From positions 1 through 64,000 of the forward strand of contig JAHHIK010000004.1 of NCBI GenBank assembly GCA_019358935.1: a DNA stretch of 64,000 bases, given 5' to 3'. The notes below the pieces were generated by a model, which saw nothing but the letters and a program-made list of their open reading frames with translations, was not told the origin of the DNA and did not search any database. Numbering within the stretch: position 1 is the first letter of the stretch; every line of letters begins with the position of its first letter. This stretch comes from Tolypothrix carrinoi HA7290-LM1 (GTDB taxonomy: Bacteria; Cyanobacteriota; Cyanobacteriia; Cyanobacteriales; Nostocaceae). The translations under genes and the position numbers were made by a program. Shown here piece by piece: positions 53,130 through 63,604 of the stretch.

Positions 53130-53459
53130 CTACTGGCTTATTATTGATGCCATAAGTTGATTCACCATCACCGCCAAGGTCAGCACACCGAAAAACAGCA
53201 TCAATCCCGCTGGCATAAACTTGCGTGTTTTAGCCAGTCGCAATGCAAACACAACTACTAAAACAGCAGTGACTAAAGCTGCTAAAATCAAACCCCAGAT
53301 TATACCTTGAAATTGGAGGTAAGCGGCAAAAAGTAATAATACACCACTAATGCAGCCACTGAGGAGCGAAACATTGCTAGTAGAGAGAATGTAACCAATG
53401 ATGCCACCGACCAACGCTAAAAACCCGTAGCCAAGAGAGGCGATAATACCTAAATTCAT
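53130..53459 (-). CDS. TMEM14-family small membrane protein
   Basis: YG.L.LVGGIIGY, SLLSG, TRKFMPAGL. Confidence 0.88.
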   Translation of the reverse strand: MNLGIIASLGYGFLALVGGIIGYILSTSNVSLLSGCISGVLLLFAAYLQFQGIIWGLILAALVTAVLVVVFALRLAKTRKFMPAGLMLFFGVLTLAVMVNQLMASIISQ

Positions 53460-53562
53460 TGTTAAAACCTATGTAGATTTTGATGTGTGCTGCAAACCTC
53501 GGCAGACAATTTACCATAGCTGTTTAGCTACCGAAACCTGTTAACTGATGGATAATTAAGCA

Positions 53563-54897
53563 ATGTCCACGGCAAGTAATTCGTTCCAGACAAAGGTTCA
53601 GTTCCTCCAGCGTCAAGCAGCATCTCTATTAATCTACCAATCCGTCCTCCAAGGCGAAGTCAGTAGAGCCTTTATGGATTTGTTGCAAAGTATACGATAT
53701 GCCGAAGCTGATGCACGCAGTTGTCTTCAAGCTTACGGCAACTACTTTAAGTGCTTGGCTGCTAGAAATCAAAACTGGGAGGACTATTTAATTACGCAAA
53801 TTCTCAGAGATGAGAATCCATTTTCTCAGCTTGCAGGGCAGCGAGAATTTGAGAATTTGCCTCCAGCTTTAATTGCAGCGACTCAGCATGATTTACAAGC
53901 GTTGCAAAGTCTTTATGAATGTAGTAGCGCGTTTTTGAGCGAATGGGTACAAGCTGTGGCAAATCTAGCTGTTTCACCAGTAGTCTGGTATGACGAGGAA
54001 CTTGCAGCGGTAGAAGAAACGAACGAATCGCTGCTAATAGCGAAACTGCACCATATGGAAGATTGGGCTGATGCAGTAGAAGATGTAGCTGCTTATTATC
54101 GGCAATTTGGTACGGGTTTATTTGCCGAATATAGTGCATTGCGCTATTGCGACGGACAATTTATTGGCATTGCACATGCCGATCCGGTAAAGTTAAGCGA
54201 ATTAGTGGGTTATGAGTCTCAGCGAGACGCTTTATTAAAAAATACAGAATTTTTGCTAGCAGGAGAGGTAGCGCAGCACGTATTACTTTACGGTAGTCGC
54301 GGTTCGGGGAAATCTTCTCTAGTGAAAGCTTTGTTGAATGAGTACGGCAAGCATCACCTGCGCTTGCTGGAAGTAGCAAAATCAGATTTGAAACACTTAC
54401 CACAAATTGTGGAACAGTTGCGCTCTGTGCCACATAAATTTATTATTTTTGTCGATGACCTTTCGTTTGAGGAAGATGACGACGCTTTTAAAGCGCTGAA
54501 AGTAGTATTAGAGGGGAATTTAACTGCGCGATCGCAAAACGTAGTCGTGTATGCTACTTCTAATCGTCGGCACTTAATTCGCGAGTTTTTTGGTGATAGA
54601 CCTGCTCCTAAGGATAATGATGAAATCCATGCTTGGGATACGATGCAGGAGAAGCTTTCGTTTAGCGATCGCTTTGGTCTAACTTTAACCTTCGAGCCTG
54701 CCGATCAGAAAACCTATTTAAACATTGTCCGACATTTAGCCACACAAGCGGCAATTAGCATTGACTCAGAAGATTTAGAATATCAAGCTTTGCAATGGGC
54801 AACTCGTCACAACGGTCGATCTGGAAGAACAGCACGACAGTTTGTTGATTTTTTGAAAGCAGATTTGGCACTTTCAGCTTCAAACGACCAAACATAA
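53563..54897 (+). CDS. DUF815-family AAA+ ATPase
   Basis: LLYGSRGSGKSSLVKA, FVDDLSFE, YATSNRRHL, SDRFGL, RSGRTARQF. Confidence 0.9.
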   Translation: MSTASNSFQTKVQFLQRQAASLLIYQSVLQGEVSRAFMDLLQSIRYAEADARSCLQAYGNYFKCLAARNQNWEDYLITQILRDENPFSQLAGQREFENLPPALIAATQHDLQALQSLYECSSAFLSEWVQAVANLAVSPVVWYDEELAAVEETNESLLIAKLHHMEDWADAVEDVAAYYRQFGTGLFAEYSALRYCDGQFIGIAHADPVKLSELVGYESQRDALLKNTEFLLAGEVAQHVLLYGSRGSGKSSLVKALLNEYGKHHLRLLEVAKSDLKHLPQIVEQLRSVPHKFIIFVDDLSFEEDDDAFKALKVVLEGNLTARSQNVVVYATSNRRHLIREFFGDRPAPKDNDEIHAWDTMQEKLSFSDRFGLTLTFEPADQKTYLNIVRHLATQAAISIDSEDLEYQALQWATRHNGRSGRTARQFVDFLKADLALSASNDQT

Positions 54898-55027
54898 GTA
54901 GCTTACATAAACTGCGTACAGTAGGACGCATTAAATTTCTTCTTCCCCTTTCCCCTTTCCCCTTTCCCCTTTCCCCTTCCCCAGAAATACCTACTCTGAA
55001 AAATTGACTAAACTAAAAACAAGCAAT

Positions 55028-56302
55028 ATGCAATCAGCAATGGTAAGTAATCGATTTTTGCTTTTAGGTATAGTTGCCTTTAGTGTGAGTTTTGGTCTAA
55101 GCCTCGTCCCAACTTGGGATTTTAGTAAAGCCTTTCTCACAGGTGCAATTACTGTAATAGCTAGTTATGCAGCAGCATTATTTGTCGATAACATCCGCAG
55201 AAATCATGAAATGCTCGTTTTGGGTTCTCTCCACAAGCGAATAAAAGAGCTTGAGGGCTTGAAGTCTCGTCTTGTCAGAGAAATCAACCAAATTGAAGAG
55301 CATCGCGCCTTATTATATACAGAGTCAAACCAACTGCAAAATCAAGTATCAGAACGCCGCAACCAAAGAGACAGTTTAAATCGAGAATTAGGCAGTTTTG
55401 TCGGACAGAAAAAACAGTTAGAAGTAGAAATAAACTTACTTAAAACAGAGCTTACTAAGCTGGACAAAAGTAAAGCCGAGCTAAATAATTCATTTTCGGC
55501 TCTCACAGCAGAAAAACGCCGTCTAGAATTAAATTCCAACGTATCGCGAGCGGAAATAACTAAACTACAAACTGAAATTAGCGAACTCCAACAACAAAAG
55601 CAAGACGCTGAAAGCAATTTAACTTTGCTAGACAGACTCAAACCTCAACTAGAAGAAAGACTCTACGAATTGCGAGTTGAACTGCAAGAACTAGAAAATC
55701 AGGTAACTCAGCACAATGAATTAATTTTCAATAAAAAATCCGAAAGAGAAAATACAGAAGCTAGCCTAAATTTATTACAAACCCAAATAACAGAACAAAA
55801 AATTGAATTAAATCACTTACAAGAGCAAATTTCCTTATTACAGCAAGAACGCGATTTGTTACAAAATCAAGTTTGGGAATTACTTCAACAATCCGAAACA
55901 TACAATCAGCAACCGTTCGCAGAAAAGGAGCATGAAGAAGATGTAGATTTATTTCCTTTTTCTGACTTAATAGATTTAGAAACAATATCTGAAAATACAT
56001 CTGATTTTCCCCAAGAATGGGCTAAATTATTAGAACAGCTACCAGCTTATGAAATACAAGTATTAAAAGCCATAGTAGAGCAAGAAAATCCCAAAGCTGC
56101 TATTAAAAAGATTGCCGAAACAAATATTACTATGCCAAATTTGTTAATTGATTCTATAAATGAACGTGCTAATGATACAATTGAAGAATTAATAATTGAC
56201 CCAAACTCGGAAACTCCAAAAATTTATCAAGAGCATATAACAAACGTAAAAAAACTGATTGCAATGTATGAATTAACAACTAGACAAGCTCCATCAAATT
56301 AA
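55028..56302 (+). CDS. Membrane-anchored coiled-coil protein with TerB-C-like C-terminus (SngA-like)
   Basis: Two N-terminal TM helices, a long heptad coiled coil, C-terminal MPNLLIDSINE.A.DTI.ELII. Confidence 0.72.
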   Translation: MQSAMVSNRFLLLGIVAFSVSFGLSLVPTWDFSKAFLTGAITVIASYAAALFVDNIRRNHEMLVLGSLHKRIKELEGLKSRLVREINQIEEHRALLYTESNQLQNQVSERRNQRDSLNRELGSFVGQKKQLEVEINLLKTELTKLDKSKAELNNSFSALTAEKRRLELNSNVSRAEITKLQTEISELQQQKQDAESNLTLLDRLKPQLEERLYELRVELQELENQVTQHNELIFNKKSERENTEASLNLLQTQITEQKIELNHLQEQISLLQQERDLLQNQVWELLQQSETYNQQPFAEKEHEEDVDLFPFSDLIDLETISENTSDFPQEWAKLLEQLPAYEIQVLKAIVEQENPKAAIKKIAETNITMPNLLIDSINERANDTIEELIIDPNSETPKIYQEHITNVKKLIAMYELTTRQAPSN

Positions 56303-56557
56303 GTTATTCTTGCCATCGTACAATTATATATAGCAGTCCTAAATAAAAGCGTGAAAGCCTCTTCCATCTCTTTCTCTGCGCTCTCTCTCTTGAAAAGGTC
56401 TGATCGGAGGAAACCTCCGCTCAGACTTTCCGCTGCTTCTCTGCGGTTCGTTCCATAAAATGATCTTCACAAATCAAAAAATTAAGGAACCACAAATAAA
56501 CACAGTTCTGTACTTGAGCCGGATGAAACCGCTAGAAAATAAAATGAGGTAAAGTAC

Positions 56558-57883
56558 ATGGCAAAACTTAAAATCTCCAAAAAAATATCTACTGCTTTAA
56601 TCAACTCTTTAAGTGCCGGAGTAGTACCAAGATTTGGACTGGAACATATAGCAGTAGGTCGAGAAAAAGAATTAAAAAGCCTATTACAAAATCTCGACGA
56701 TATTGGAGAAGGTGTAGCCGCATTTCGCTTCATAATTGGTAACTACGGTTCCGGCAAAAGCTTCATCCTGCAAATGATTCGCAACCGTGCTATGGAGCAA
56801 AATTTTGTAGTAGCTGATGCTGATTTATCTTCCGAACGACGACTTGCAGGAACAAACAACGAAGGTTTGGCAACTTATCGAGAATTAATGAGTCGTCTGG
56901 CAACAAAAACTCGTCCTGATGGTGGTGCTTTAGTCTCAATTTTAGAAGGTTGGATTAATAAAATTCAACAAGAAGTAGCTAAAGATAGCGGAATGCGTCC
57001 TAATGATGAAGGTTTTGATGATAAAGTTGAAACGAAAATTAGAGAAGTAGTTCAGTATATTGAAGACTTAGTTCACGGCTTTGATTTTGGTAGCGTCATT
57101 GTTGCTTATTGGCGCGGTTACAGGCTTGATGATGATGATTTGAAAAATGCTGCATTGCGGTGGTTGCGCGGCGAATTTAACACCAAAACTGAGGCAAAAG
57201 CTGCTTTGGGAGTGCGCGTAATTATTGATGATGATAGTTGGTATGACTATATCAAGTTAATCGCTAAATTTGTGGCGGAGATTGGCTATAAAGGACTTTT
57301 AGTTTTGCTTGATGAAGTTGTGCATATATACCAAATATCCACTACAGTTACTCGCGAAAAGAACTATAACAGACTTTTAGCAATGTTTAACGACACCATG
57401 CAATGCAAAGCAGAACATCTTGGTATTGTTGTCGGTGGAACTACAAAATTTTTAGAAGACCCAAATCGCGGACTTTTTGCTGACCCAGCTTGGCGAAGAC
57501 GCACTAAAGAAAGCCGTTTTGTTCAAGCTGGTGTTCAAGAATATTTGGGACCGGTGATGCGGCTAAATCCGTTGACGGAAGATGAAATATTAACGCTTTT
57601 GCAAGGTTTGATAGAGATTCATGCTCTTAATTTTGGTTATGATAAGGCTTTAACAAATCGCGAATTGAAGGACTTTATAAACGAAATTGTCAATCGTTTG
57701 GGTGCAGAAGCATTGTTGACTCCTGGCGAAATTGTCCGGGATTTTATTAGTGTGTTGAATATCCTGTACCAAAATCCAGAAATTTCTTTTAGTAAATTGA
57801 TTCATGGTTCGGATTTTAAGTTAACTGCTGTGGGTAAAAATACTGATGTTGATGATGACAATGCAGCAGAATTTAGTTTGTGA
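56558..57883 (+). CDS. DUF2791/BrxD-like P-loop ATPase (SngB-like)
   Basis: SL.AGVVPR.GL, VGREKE, G.YGSGKSF, LRWLRGE, GYKGLLVLLDE. Confidence 0.88.
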   Translation: MAKLKISKKISTALINSLSAGVVPRFGLEHIAVGREKELKSLLQNLDDIGEGVAAFRFIIGNYGSGKSFILQMIRNRAMEQNFVVADADLSSERRLAGTNNEGLATYRELMSRLATKTRPDGGALVSILEGWINKIQQEVAKDSGMRPNDEGFDDKVETKIREVVQYIEDLVHGFDFGSVIVAYWRGYRLDDDDLKNAALRWLRGEFNTKTEAKAALGVRVIIDDDSWYDYIKLIAKFVAEIGYKGLLVLLDEVVHIYQISTTVTREKNYNRLLAMFNDTMQCKAEHLGIVVGGTTKFLEDPNRGLFADPAWRRRTKESRFVQAGVQEYLGPVMRLNPLTEDEILTLLQGLIEIHALNFGYDKALTNRELKDFINEIVNRLGAEALLTPGEIVRDFISVLNILYQNPEISFSKLIHGSDFKLTAVGKNTDVDDDNAAEFSL

Positions 57884-58013
57884 TCGACGAACCGCACTCT
57901 TAGGTAGAGGACGCATTGTAAGTAGATGGGCATAAACACGCATTTTGTAGTAAGGACTTCAGCCTTAAAAGCCTTGCCCTGAGTGTAAAAATCCGCGTTC
58001 CCCTATCCCGCGA

Positions 58014-59642
58014 TCAACGTTCTGGTGTCATTGACTGAGCAACTTGAAGCGCTTGATCTAGAATTTCAGAGGCTTTGTTTTTATTTGAGGATCCGAATAG
58101 AGAATTTAAGCTATTAGTAAGCACAGAAAGGATTTTTTCAATAAGTTTTTTGTTCTCTCGTTCTCTAAGCACATATTGTTCTGCGATCGCTATCAAGGCT
58201 TGAGCTTTGTAACCCTTGTCTGTAATGGATTTCGCAACCTCAAGCGCTTGGTCAAATTGCCCCTGTTTTGCAAACCCACGGGCGATAGAGGGGAATCTCC
58301 AGTCCTTATGTTGTTCAGCATCAGGGTGGGGTTCGATGGACTTAGCGATTTGCAGCGCACGGTCAGGCTGCCCTGCCTCAAGGTAAGCGAATGCCACCTC
58401 CGACAGCATGTTCTTAAGATTCCACTGTTGGACGAACTGAAACGCTTGATCGTTCTGTCCGATTTGTAGATAGTGCCTCACAATCCCTCGAAAGGTGAAG
58501 TCTGGGTTTCCAATCGATTTTGCCAGTTTAACCGCTTGGTCAGGGTATCCGGCTTTAGCATAAGCGATCGCAATTTGACCGAACGCGCGCGACCTCTCAT
58601 TGACATTTTTGATGGAGCGGGCAATTTGCTGTGCCTGCTCAAAGTCTCCTATTTCTGCGTAACCTTCAGCTACCTTAGCTAATCCATCACCGTTAATTGC
58701 CTGTGCCGCTGTTCGAGCTTCGGCTAGCGTCTCGACTGCCTTGTTCTTCTGCTTCAATGCTGCATACTGAACCGCTGTTTCAACCAGTCGGATGGGTTTC
58801 TCAATGGGAAAGCGTTTGTCTGCAAACGTTCGTATCTTTGGCAAAGCTTGATCTAAAATCTCGACCGCTCGACGTTCTTGTCCGACTTCTGCAAATTGTT
58901 TAGCAATCCGTACCATCTGGTTAACTTTCCTTACGGTATTTTTGCCCGATTGTGCCTCATCAATGGCATATGCGTTCTCAAGCGCACGCTCTAGCACTTG
59001 CGGCACTTGTTCCTTTTGTCCAGCTTGACTAAGATGTTCGGCAATTACAATCAGGGTCATGGTTTTATAGAGGGTATTAGGATTGCTTTGTGCGATCGCG
59101 ATCGCTTGGTTCAGAACTTTCGTTGCCTGCTCAGGCTCTCCGGCTTTTGCATAATGACCGGCAAGCTCTGCCAGCGTCGTAGGCGTGGACATAGGATTGT
59201 TTACTTTTGTGATGATCTCGATACCAAAGCTGTAGTACCCAGCCTCTGCGTATTTCTTAGCTCGGTTTAGCAGAGACTCATCTGGAGAAGTTGCGCTGCC
59301 GCTACAGCCAGTTGCCGTTTGAGTGTGGGCAATTTGGATGGCTTCTTTTAGAAGTTGCTTCCCCTTAGTTTCCTGTCCAGCTAGGATATAGCCTCCAGCC
59401 ACTTTCACTAAGGGGTCGGCTTTGAAGCACTTATTGGGATTCGCTTCCGCCAAAGGCAGGACTTGGTTTAAAATCTTGACAGCCTGCTCAGATTTTCCTA
59501 CCGCCGCATACTGAAATGCAATGTCAGCCAATATACCATGTTTTTGAGAGTAGGTTTCTACTGCTAGAAGTTGACCCCCTGGAAAGAATGTAGCAATTAG
59601 TGCAGTGACTAAAATATTGAACTGGATTATTTTTCGAGCCAT
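58014..59642 (-). CDS. Secreted TPR/helical-repeat protein
   Basis: Signal peptide; repeated IA..YA.AG....A...L.QA...A units. Confidence 0.8.
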   Translation of the reverse strand: MARKIIQFNILVTALIATFFPGGQLLAVETYSQKHGILADIAFQYAAVGKSEQAVKILNQVLPLAEANPNKCFKADPLVKVAGGYILAGQETKGKQLLKEAIQIAHTQTATGCSGSATSPDESLLNRAKKYAEAGYYSFGIEIITKVNNPMSTPTTLAELAGHYAKAGEPEQATKVLNQAIAIAQSNPNTLYKTMTLIVIAEHLSQAGQKEQVPQVLERALENAYAIDEAQSGKNTVRKVNQMVRIAKQFAEVGQERRAVEILDQALPKIRTFADKRFPIEKPIRLVETAVQYAALKQKNKAVETLAEARTAAQAINGDGLAKVAEGYAEIGDFEQAQQIARSIKNVNERSRAFGQIAIAYAKAGYPDQAVKLAKSIGNPDFTFRGIVRHYLQIGQNDQAFQFVQQWNLKNMLSEVAFAYLEAGQPDRALQIAKSIEPHPDAEQHKDWRFPSIARGFAKQGQFDQALEVAKSITDKGYKAQALIAIAEQYVLRERENKKLIEKILSVLTNSLNSLFGSSNKNKASEILDQALQVAQSMTPER

Positions 59643-59839
59643 GTTTTTCCCACCTCAAGTTTTTGTTGCGCGACTACCCACGGGTGGTTAGCCTTGAACC
59701 TCTTATGTCAAGGACAGAAATGTTTGGCAGATTGTACTTATTTGTTACAAAAATTCATTTAGCAGCTGGGGGTGTTGAAAAGCAAAAGAGCGATCGCCTC
59801 AGACTTAAGGATAGCGAAAATCTAAAATCCAAAATTGCT

Positions 59840-62056
59840 ATGAGCGATCGCACGTTTTCCAGACTCGCACCTTTTATCCAAGAATATATTTATCATCACA
59901 ACTGGACTGAATTACGACCAGTTCAAATTGCTGCTTGCAAAGTTATTTTTGACACTGATGCTCATTTGCTAGTTGCTGCCGGCACAGCTTCGGGGAAAAC
60001 AGAAGCTGCGTTTCTACCGATTTTAACTTTATTATATGAAAACCCGCCGGAAACTATCGGCGCATTATATATTGGTCCGATTAAGGCTTTAATTAATGAC
60101 CAATTTGCACGCCTTAATGATTTGCTAAAAGAAGCAGATATTCCAGTTTGTCACTGGCATGGGGATGTTTCGCAAAGTCGAAAAAAACAGCTTTTAAAAA
60201 ATCCTAAGGGTATTTTGCAAATTACGCCGGAATCTTTAGAAAGCTTATTAATTAATAGAAGTAATGATTTGATGCGTTTGTTCGGTGATTTACGATTTGT
60301 GATAATCGATGAAGTTCACGCTTTTATGGGTTCTGAACGCGGTTGTCAGATTCTTTGTCAGTTATCACGTTTGCAAAGTTTGACGCAAAAGCAACCACGA
60401 CGAATTGGTTTATCGGCTACTCTTGGTGATTATTCGATGGCTGAAGAATGGTTGGGTTCTGGAAGTGATAAGTTGGTGATTACTCCGGAGATTGAGGTAG
60501 GGAAAAGGCAAATTAAGTTGGCTTTGGAACATTTTTATGTTGGTGATGGGGATTTAAGAGAAACGAACCGCAGAGACGCAGGGGACGCGGAGGGAAGAGG
60601 GGAGAGAGATGGAGGTGGGTATGAGAAATATGTTTTTAATGTTAGTAAATGTCGTAAGTGTTTGATTTTTGCTAATAATAAAAGGCAAACTGAATCTATT
60701 ATTGCTTCTTTGCGAGAAATTGCTGTGAGTGAGGGATTAGTTGATATTTATCATGTGCATCATGGTAGTATATCTGCTAGTTTGCGGCAAGCGGCTGAAA
60801 ATGCGATGCGTGAGATCGATAAGCCGGCTGTGACTGCTGCAACTTTGACTTTGGAGGTGGGGGTTGATATTGGTCTTTTGGAGAGGGTTATTCAGTTAGA
60901 ATCGCCACCTTCTGTAGCTAGTTTTTTACAGCGTTTGGGACGCAGTGGTAGAAGAGGTGCTGCTGCTGATATGCGGTTTGTTTGTACTGAGGAAAAAGTA
61001 TTGGCGGAAGCTTCTTTAGAGGAACAAATTCCTTGGCAACTTTTGCAGTGTATTGCGATTATTCAACTTTATTTGGAGGAACGTTGGATTGAGCCGATTA
61101 AGCCTGTTAAATATCCTTTGAGTTTGTTATATCATCAGACAATGAGTATTTTAGCAGCTGCGGGTGAAGTTTCGCCTGCTGCGCTTGCTAAACAGGTTTT
61201 AAGTTTACCAAGTTTTGCTGCTATAGCACTCGAAGATTTTCGGCTATTGCTTCGCTATTTAATTGATATTAATCACGTTCAGCTAACTGAAGAAAATAAG
61301 TTAATTCTCGGTTTGGCTGGGGAAAAGGTGGTACGTAAATTTCAATTTTATGCTGTTTTTCCTGACAATGAGGAATATGTTGTTAAGCACGCAGCAACGG
61401 AAATTGGTAGTATTGTTATGCCTCCCCCAATCGGTAATCAATTCGCTTTGGCTGGGAAAGCTTGGGAAGTTTTAGAAGTTGATTTCAGAAAAAAGATTAT
61501 TTTGGTTAAGCAAGTTGAGGGTAAAGCTAGTATTTTCTGGCGCGGTGGTAGCGGAAATATCCACACAAGAATTTTGCAACGAATGCGGCAGGTTTTGCAA
61601 GAAGATATTGAATACAGCTATTTGCAAGAAAATGCGCTGAAGCGTTTGCAGAAAGTTCGGGAATTGGCGCGAAATTCTGGCTTAGATAAACAAAATATTC
61701 TGCTTTTAGAAAATAATAAATGTTGCATTTTTCCTTGGATGGGTACGGTTGCTTACCGCACTTTAGAAAGATTGTTAAATTATTGGTGTCGGGAATCTTT
61801 AGAAATTAAAAGTATTGGTGGTGTTAATCCTTATTTTTTGACGATTAAATTAGGTAAAGATAAATTTAGATATCTTTACGATCAAATTGTATCGTTGTGT
61901 GAACAAAGAATTACCGCCGAGGATTTATTAGCTGATGCGGAAGCACCTAAAATTCAAAAATACGATCGCTTTATTCCTCACTCAATTTTAAGGAAAGCTT
62001 TTGCAAGCGATTATCTTGATATCGAGGAACTTAAGCAGCAAGTAGCGCTTTGGTAA
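59840..62056 (+). CDS. Lhr-like DEAD/DEAH-box helicase (SngC-like)
   Basis: AGTASGKTEAAF, PIKALINDQ, TPESLE, IDEVH, LSAT, HHGS, TLEVGVDIG, QRLGRSGR; start MSDRTF at 59840 preferred. Confidence 0.92.
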   Translation: MSDRTFSRLAPFIQEYIYHHNWTELRPVQIAACKVIFDTDAHLLVAAGTASGKTEAAFLPILTLLYENPPETIGALYIGPIKALINDQFARLNDLLKEADIPVCHWHGDVSQSRKKQLLKNPKGILQITPESLESLLINRSNDLMRLFGDLRFVIIDEVHAFMGSERGCQILCQLSRLQSLTQKQPRRIGLSATLGDYSMAEEWLGSGSDKLVITPEIEVGKRQIKLALEHFYVGDGDLRETNRRDAGDAEGRGERDGGGYEKYVFNVSKCRKCLIFANNKRQTESIIASLREIAVSEGLVDIYHVHHGSISASLRQAAENAMREIDKPAVTAATLTLEVGVDIGLLERVIQLESPPSVASFLQRLGRSGRRGAAADMRFVCTEEKVLAEASLEEQIPWQLLQCIAIIQLYLEERWIEPIKPVKYPLSLLYHQTMSILAAAGEVSPAALAKQVLSLPSFAAIALEDFRLLLRYLIDINHVQLTEENKLILGLAGEKVVRKFQFYAVFPDNEEYVVKHAATEIGSIVMPPPIGNQFALAGKAWEVLEVDFRKKIILVKQVEGKASIFWRGGSGNIHTRILQRMRQVLQEDIEYSYLQENALKRLQKVRELARNSGLDKQNILLLENNKCCIFPWMGTVAYRTLERLLNYWCRESLEIKSIGGVNPYFLTIKLGKDKFRYLYDQIVSLCEQRITAEDLLADAEAPKIQKYDRFIPHSILRKAFASDYLDIEELKQQVALW

Positions 62057-62124
62057 TTTCCTCAATAAACCATTATACGCTAGAATAGGCTAACAGTAAT
62101 CCTACTTAAAATTTGGGGATGGCT

Positions 62125-62241
62125 ATGACATCTCTGTTAGAGCGACTAAGTGCAGAACGACAACGCCGATTTGTAGGACGTCATTTTGAACTTCAATTAT
62201 TTCTGCAAGCGATCGCCTCACCACTTTCCATTCCGCAGTAA
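62125..62241 (+). pseudogene. Truncated N-terminal fragment of an AAA/STAND-type ATPase
   Basis: MTSLLERLSAERQRRFVGRHFELQLFLQAIASPLSIPQ*: FVGR..EL motif followed by a stop before any Walker A. Confidence 0.55.
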
Positions 62242-62289
62242 GGTTTAATAGTTAATTGTGGAAGTGTTGAGATTTATTAAGAGCGCATT

Positions 62290-62787
62290 ATGAAATTTTC
62301 GCGACTGCTAGTTAGCTTTGTCTTAGCTATGGTTTTGTTTGTGTTTCCCTTGTCTGCACAAGCAGCAAGTTCTTCTAGTATCACCCGTTCCGTTGGTGAT
62401 GCAGAATTCAAGGGCAAGGATTTTTCTGGTCAAAATTTAGTAGGGGTTGAGTATACCAATGTCAATCTAGAAAAAGCAAATTTTAGTAACGCTGATTTAC
62501 GCGGTGGGGTTTTTAATGGTTCGGTATTGCAAGGGGCAAATTTGCATGGTGCAGATTTTAGTGAAGGAATAGCTTATCTAGTAGACTTTAAAGGGGCTGA
62601 TTTAAGTGATGCGATTTTGACAGATGCAATGATGTTGCGTTCTAGTTTTAGTGACGTTGACATCACCGGTGCTGACTTCACCAATGCTATTCTTGATGGT
62701 ATTCAAGTGAAAAAACTCTGCGCTCAAGCAAGTGGTGTAAATTCTCAGACTGGTGTAAAAACTCGCGAGTCTCTAGGATGTAGGTAA
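62290..62787 (+). CDS. Pentapeptide repeat protein (secreted/lumenal)
   Basis: Signal peptide, A(D/N)L/F repeats, LC..ASGVN..TGV.TRESLGC. Confidence 0.92.
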   Translation: MKFSRLLVSFVLAMVLFVFPLSAQAASSSSITRSVGDAEFKGKDFSGQNLVGVEYTNVNLEKANFSNADLRGGVFNGSVLQGANLHGADFSEGIAYLVDFKGADLSDAILTDAMMLRSSFSDVDITGADFTNAILDGIQVKKLCAQASGVNSQTGVKTRESLGCR

Positions 62788-63113
62788 AATCTTACTCCCT
62801 GTACTCAACTCAATTCCCTCTCTTTGCAACCGAAGAGGGGGAATTTTTGCACTTGGAAATTGCATTTTTTGTTCAAAAGTATTGTAGGGGCAATTCATGA
62901 ATTGCCCCTACGTCAATTCAATGGTGACGACGAAGGAAGTGCGTAAGTCCTAATTAACAAAAAGCGATATCAGTAAAAGCGACAGCGAGCATCATTGATG
63001 CATATTGTACAGACGTTCCATCGGAACGTCTCTACAAATATGTGTGATTTTTGTAGAATTTCCTAACCCTCTCTGTTAATAAAAAACAGAGAGGGCATAG
63101 GGTGTGAGGTTCA

Positions 63114-63186
63114 TGGAGGTAAGCGGGTTCGAACCGCTGACCTCTGCAATGCCATTGCAGCGCTCTACCAACTGAGCTATACCCCC
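63114..63186 (-). tRNA. tRNA-Ala(GGC)
   Basis: Cloverleaf on the minus strand, anticodon arm CTGCA-AT-GGC-AT-TGCAG, G3:U70 pair. Confidence 0.96.
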
Positions 63187-63310
63187 TTGTCATGCGTTTT
63201 CGATTCTATCTTAATAATTGGCGCTTTGTCAAGATTATTATGAAAAACTTTCTGACGCCAATTACTTTGACTATCTCGACTGCAACAAGTAACGGCTATG
63301 AAACACTATC

Positions 63311-63502
63311 TTAAGATACTTGCAACAGATAGCTCATACAGTGTCCCATAAGGAAATAAACTACTAACATAGCCCCAGCAGCTAAGGCAACCAATGTACC
63401 CGCCAACATTAAAGAAAACTCTTTATGCTGAAAAGCTTTTTCCATTAGGTGCAGTGACCATGCCACTAGCGCCACATCAAATACTAAAATAGGAATCAAC
63501 AT
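63311..63502 (-). CDS. Small two-TM hypothetical protein
   Basis: 63-aa hydrophobic ORF downstream of hisF. Confidence 0.6.
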   Translation of the reverse strand: MLIPILVFDVALVAWSLHLMEKAFQHKEFSLMLAGTLVALAAGAMLVVYFLMGHCMSYLLQVS

Positions 63503-63604
63503 TTTTTTTAAAATTTATTAATACTTGTTTATTAATCTTAACACTGTTTCCAGGTACTGTGTCTAACCTTAGATAGATGTGGTTATGTGAAAAACCAATG
63601 GTCA

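Noticed and set aside
62905..62935. Possible target of the element 1 guide (shared AATTCAATGGTGACGACGA with 14591-14609)
   Set aside because: The match belongs to a REP-associated repeat; the seed-proximal guide bases and the TTTAA motif do not match
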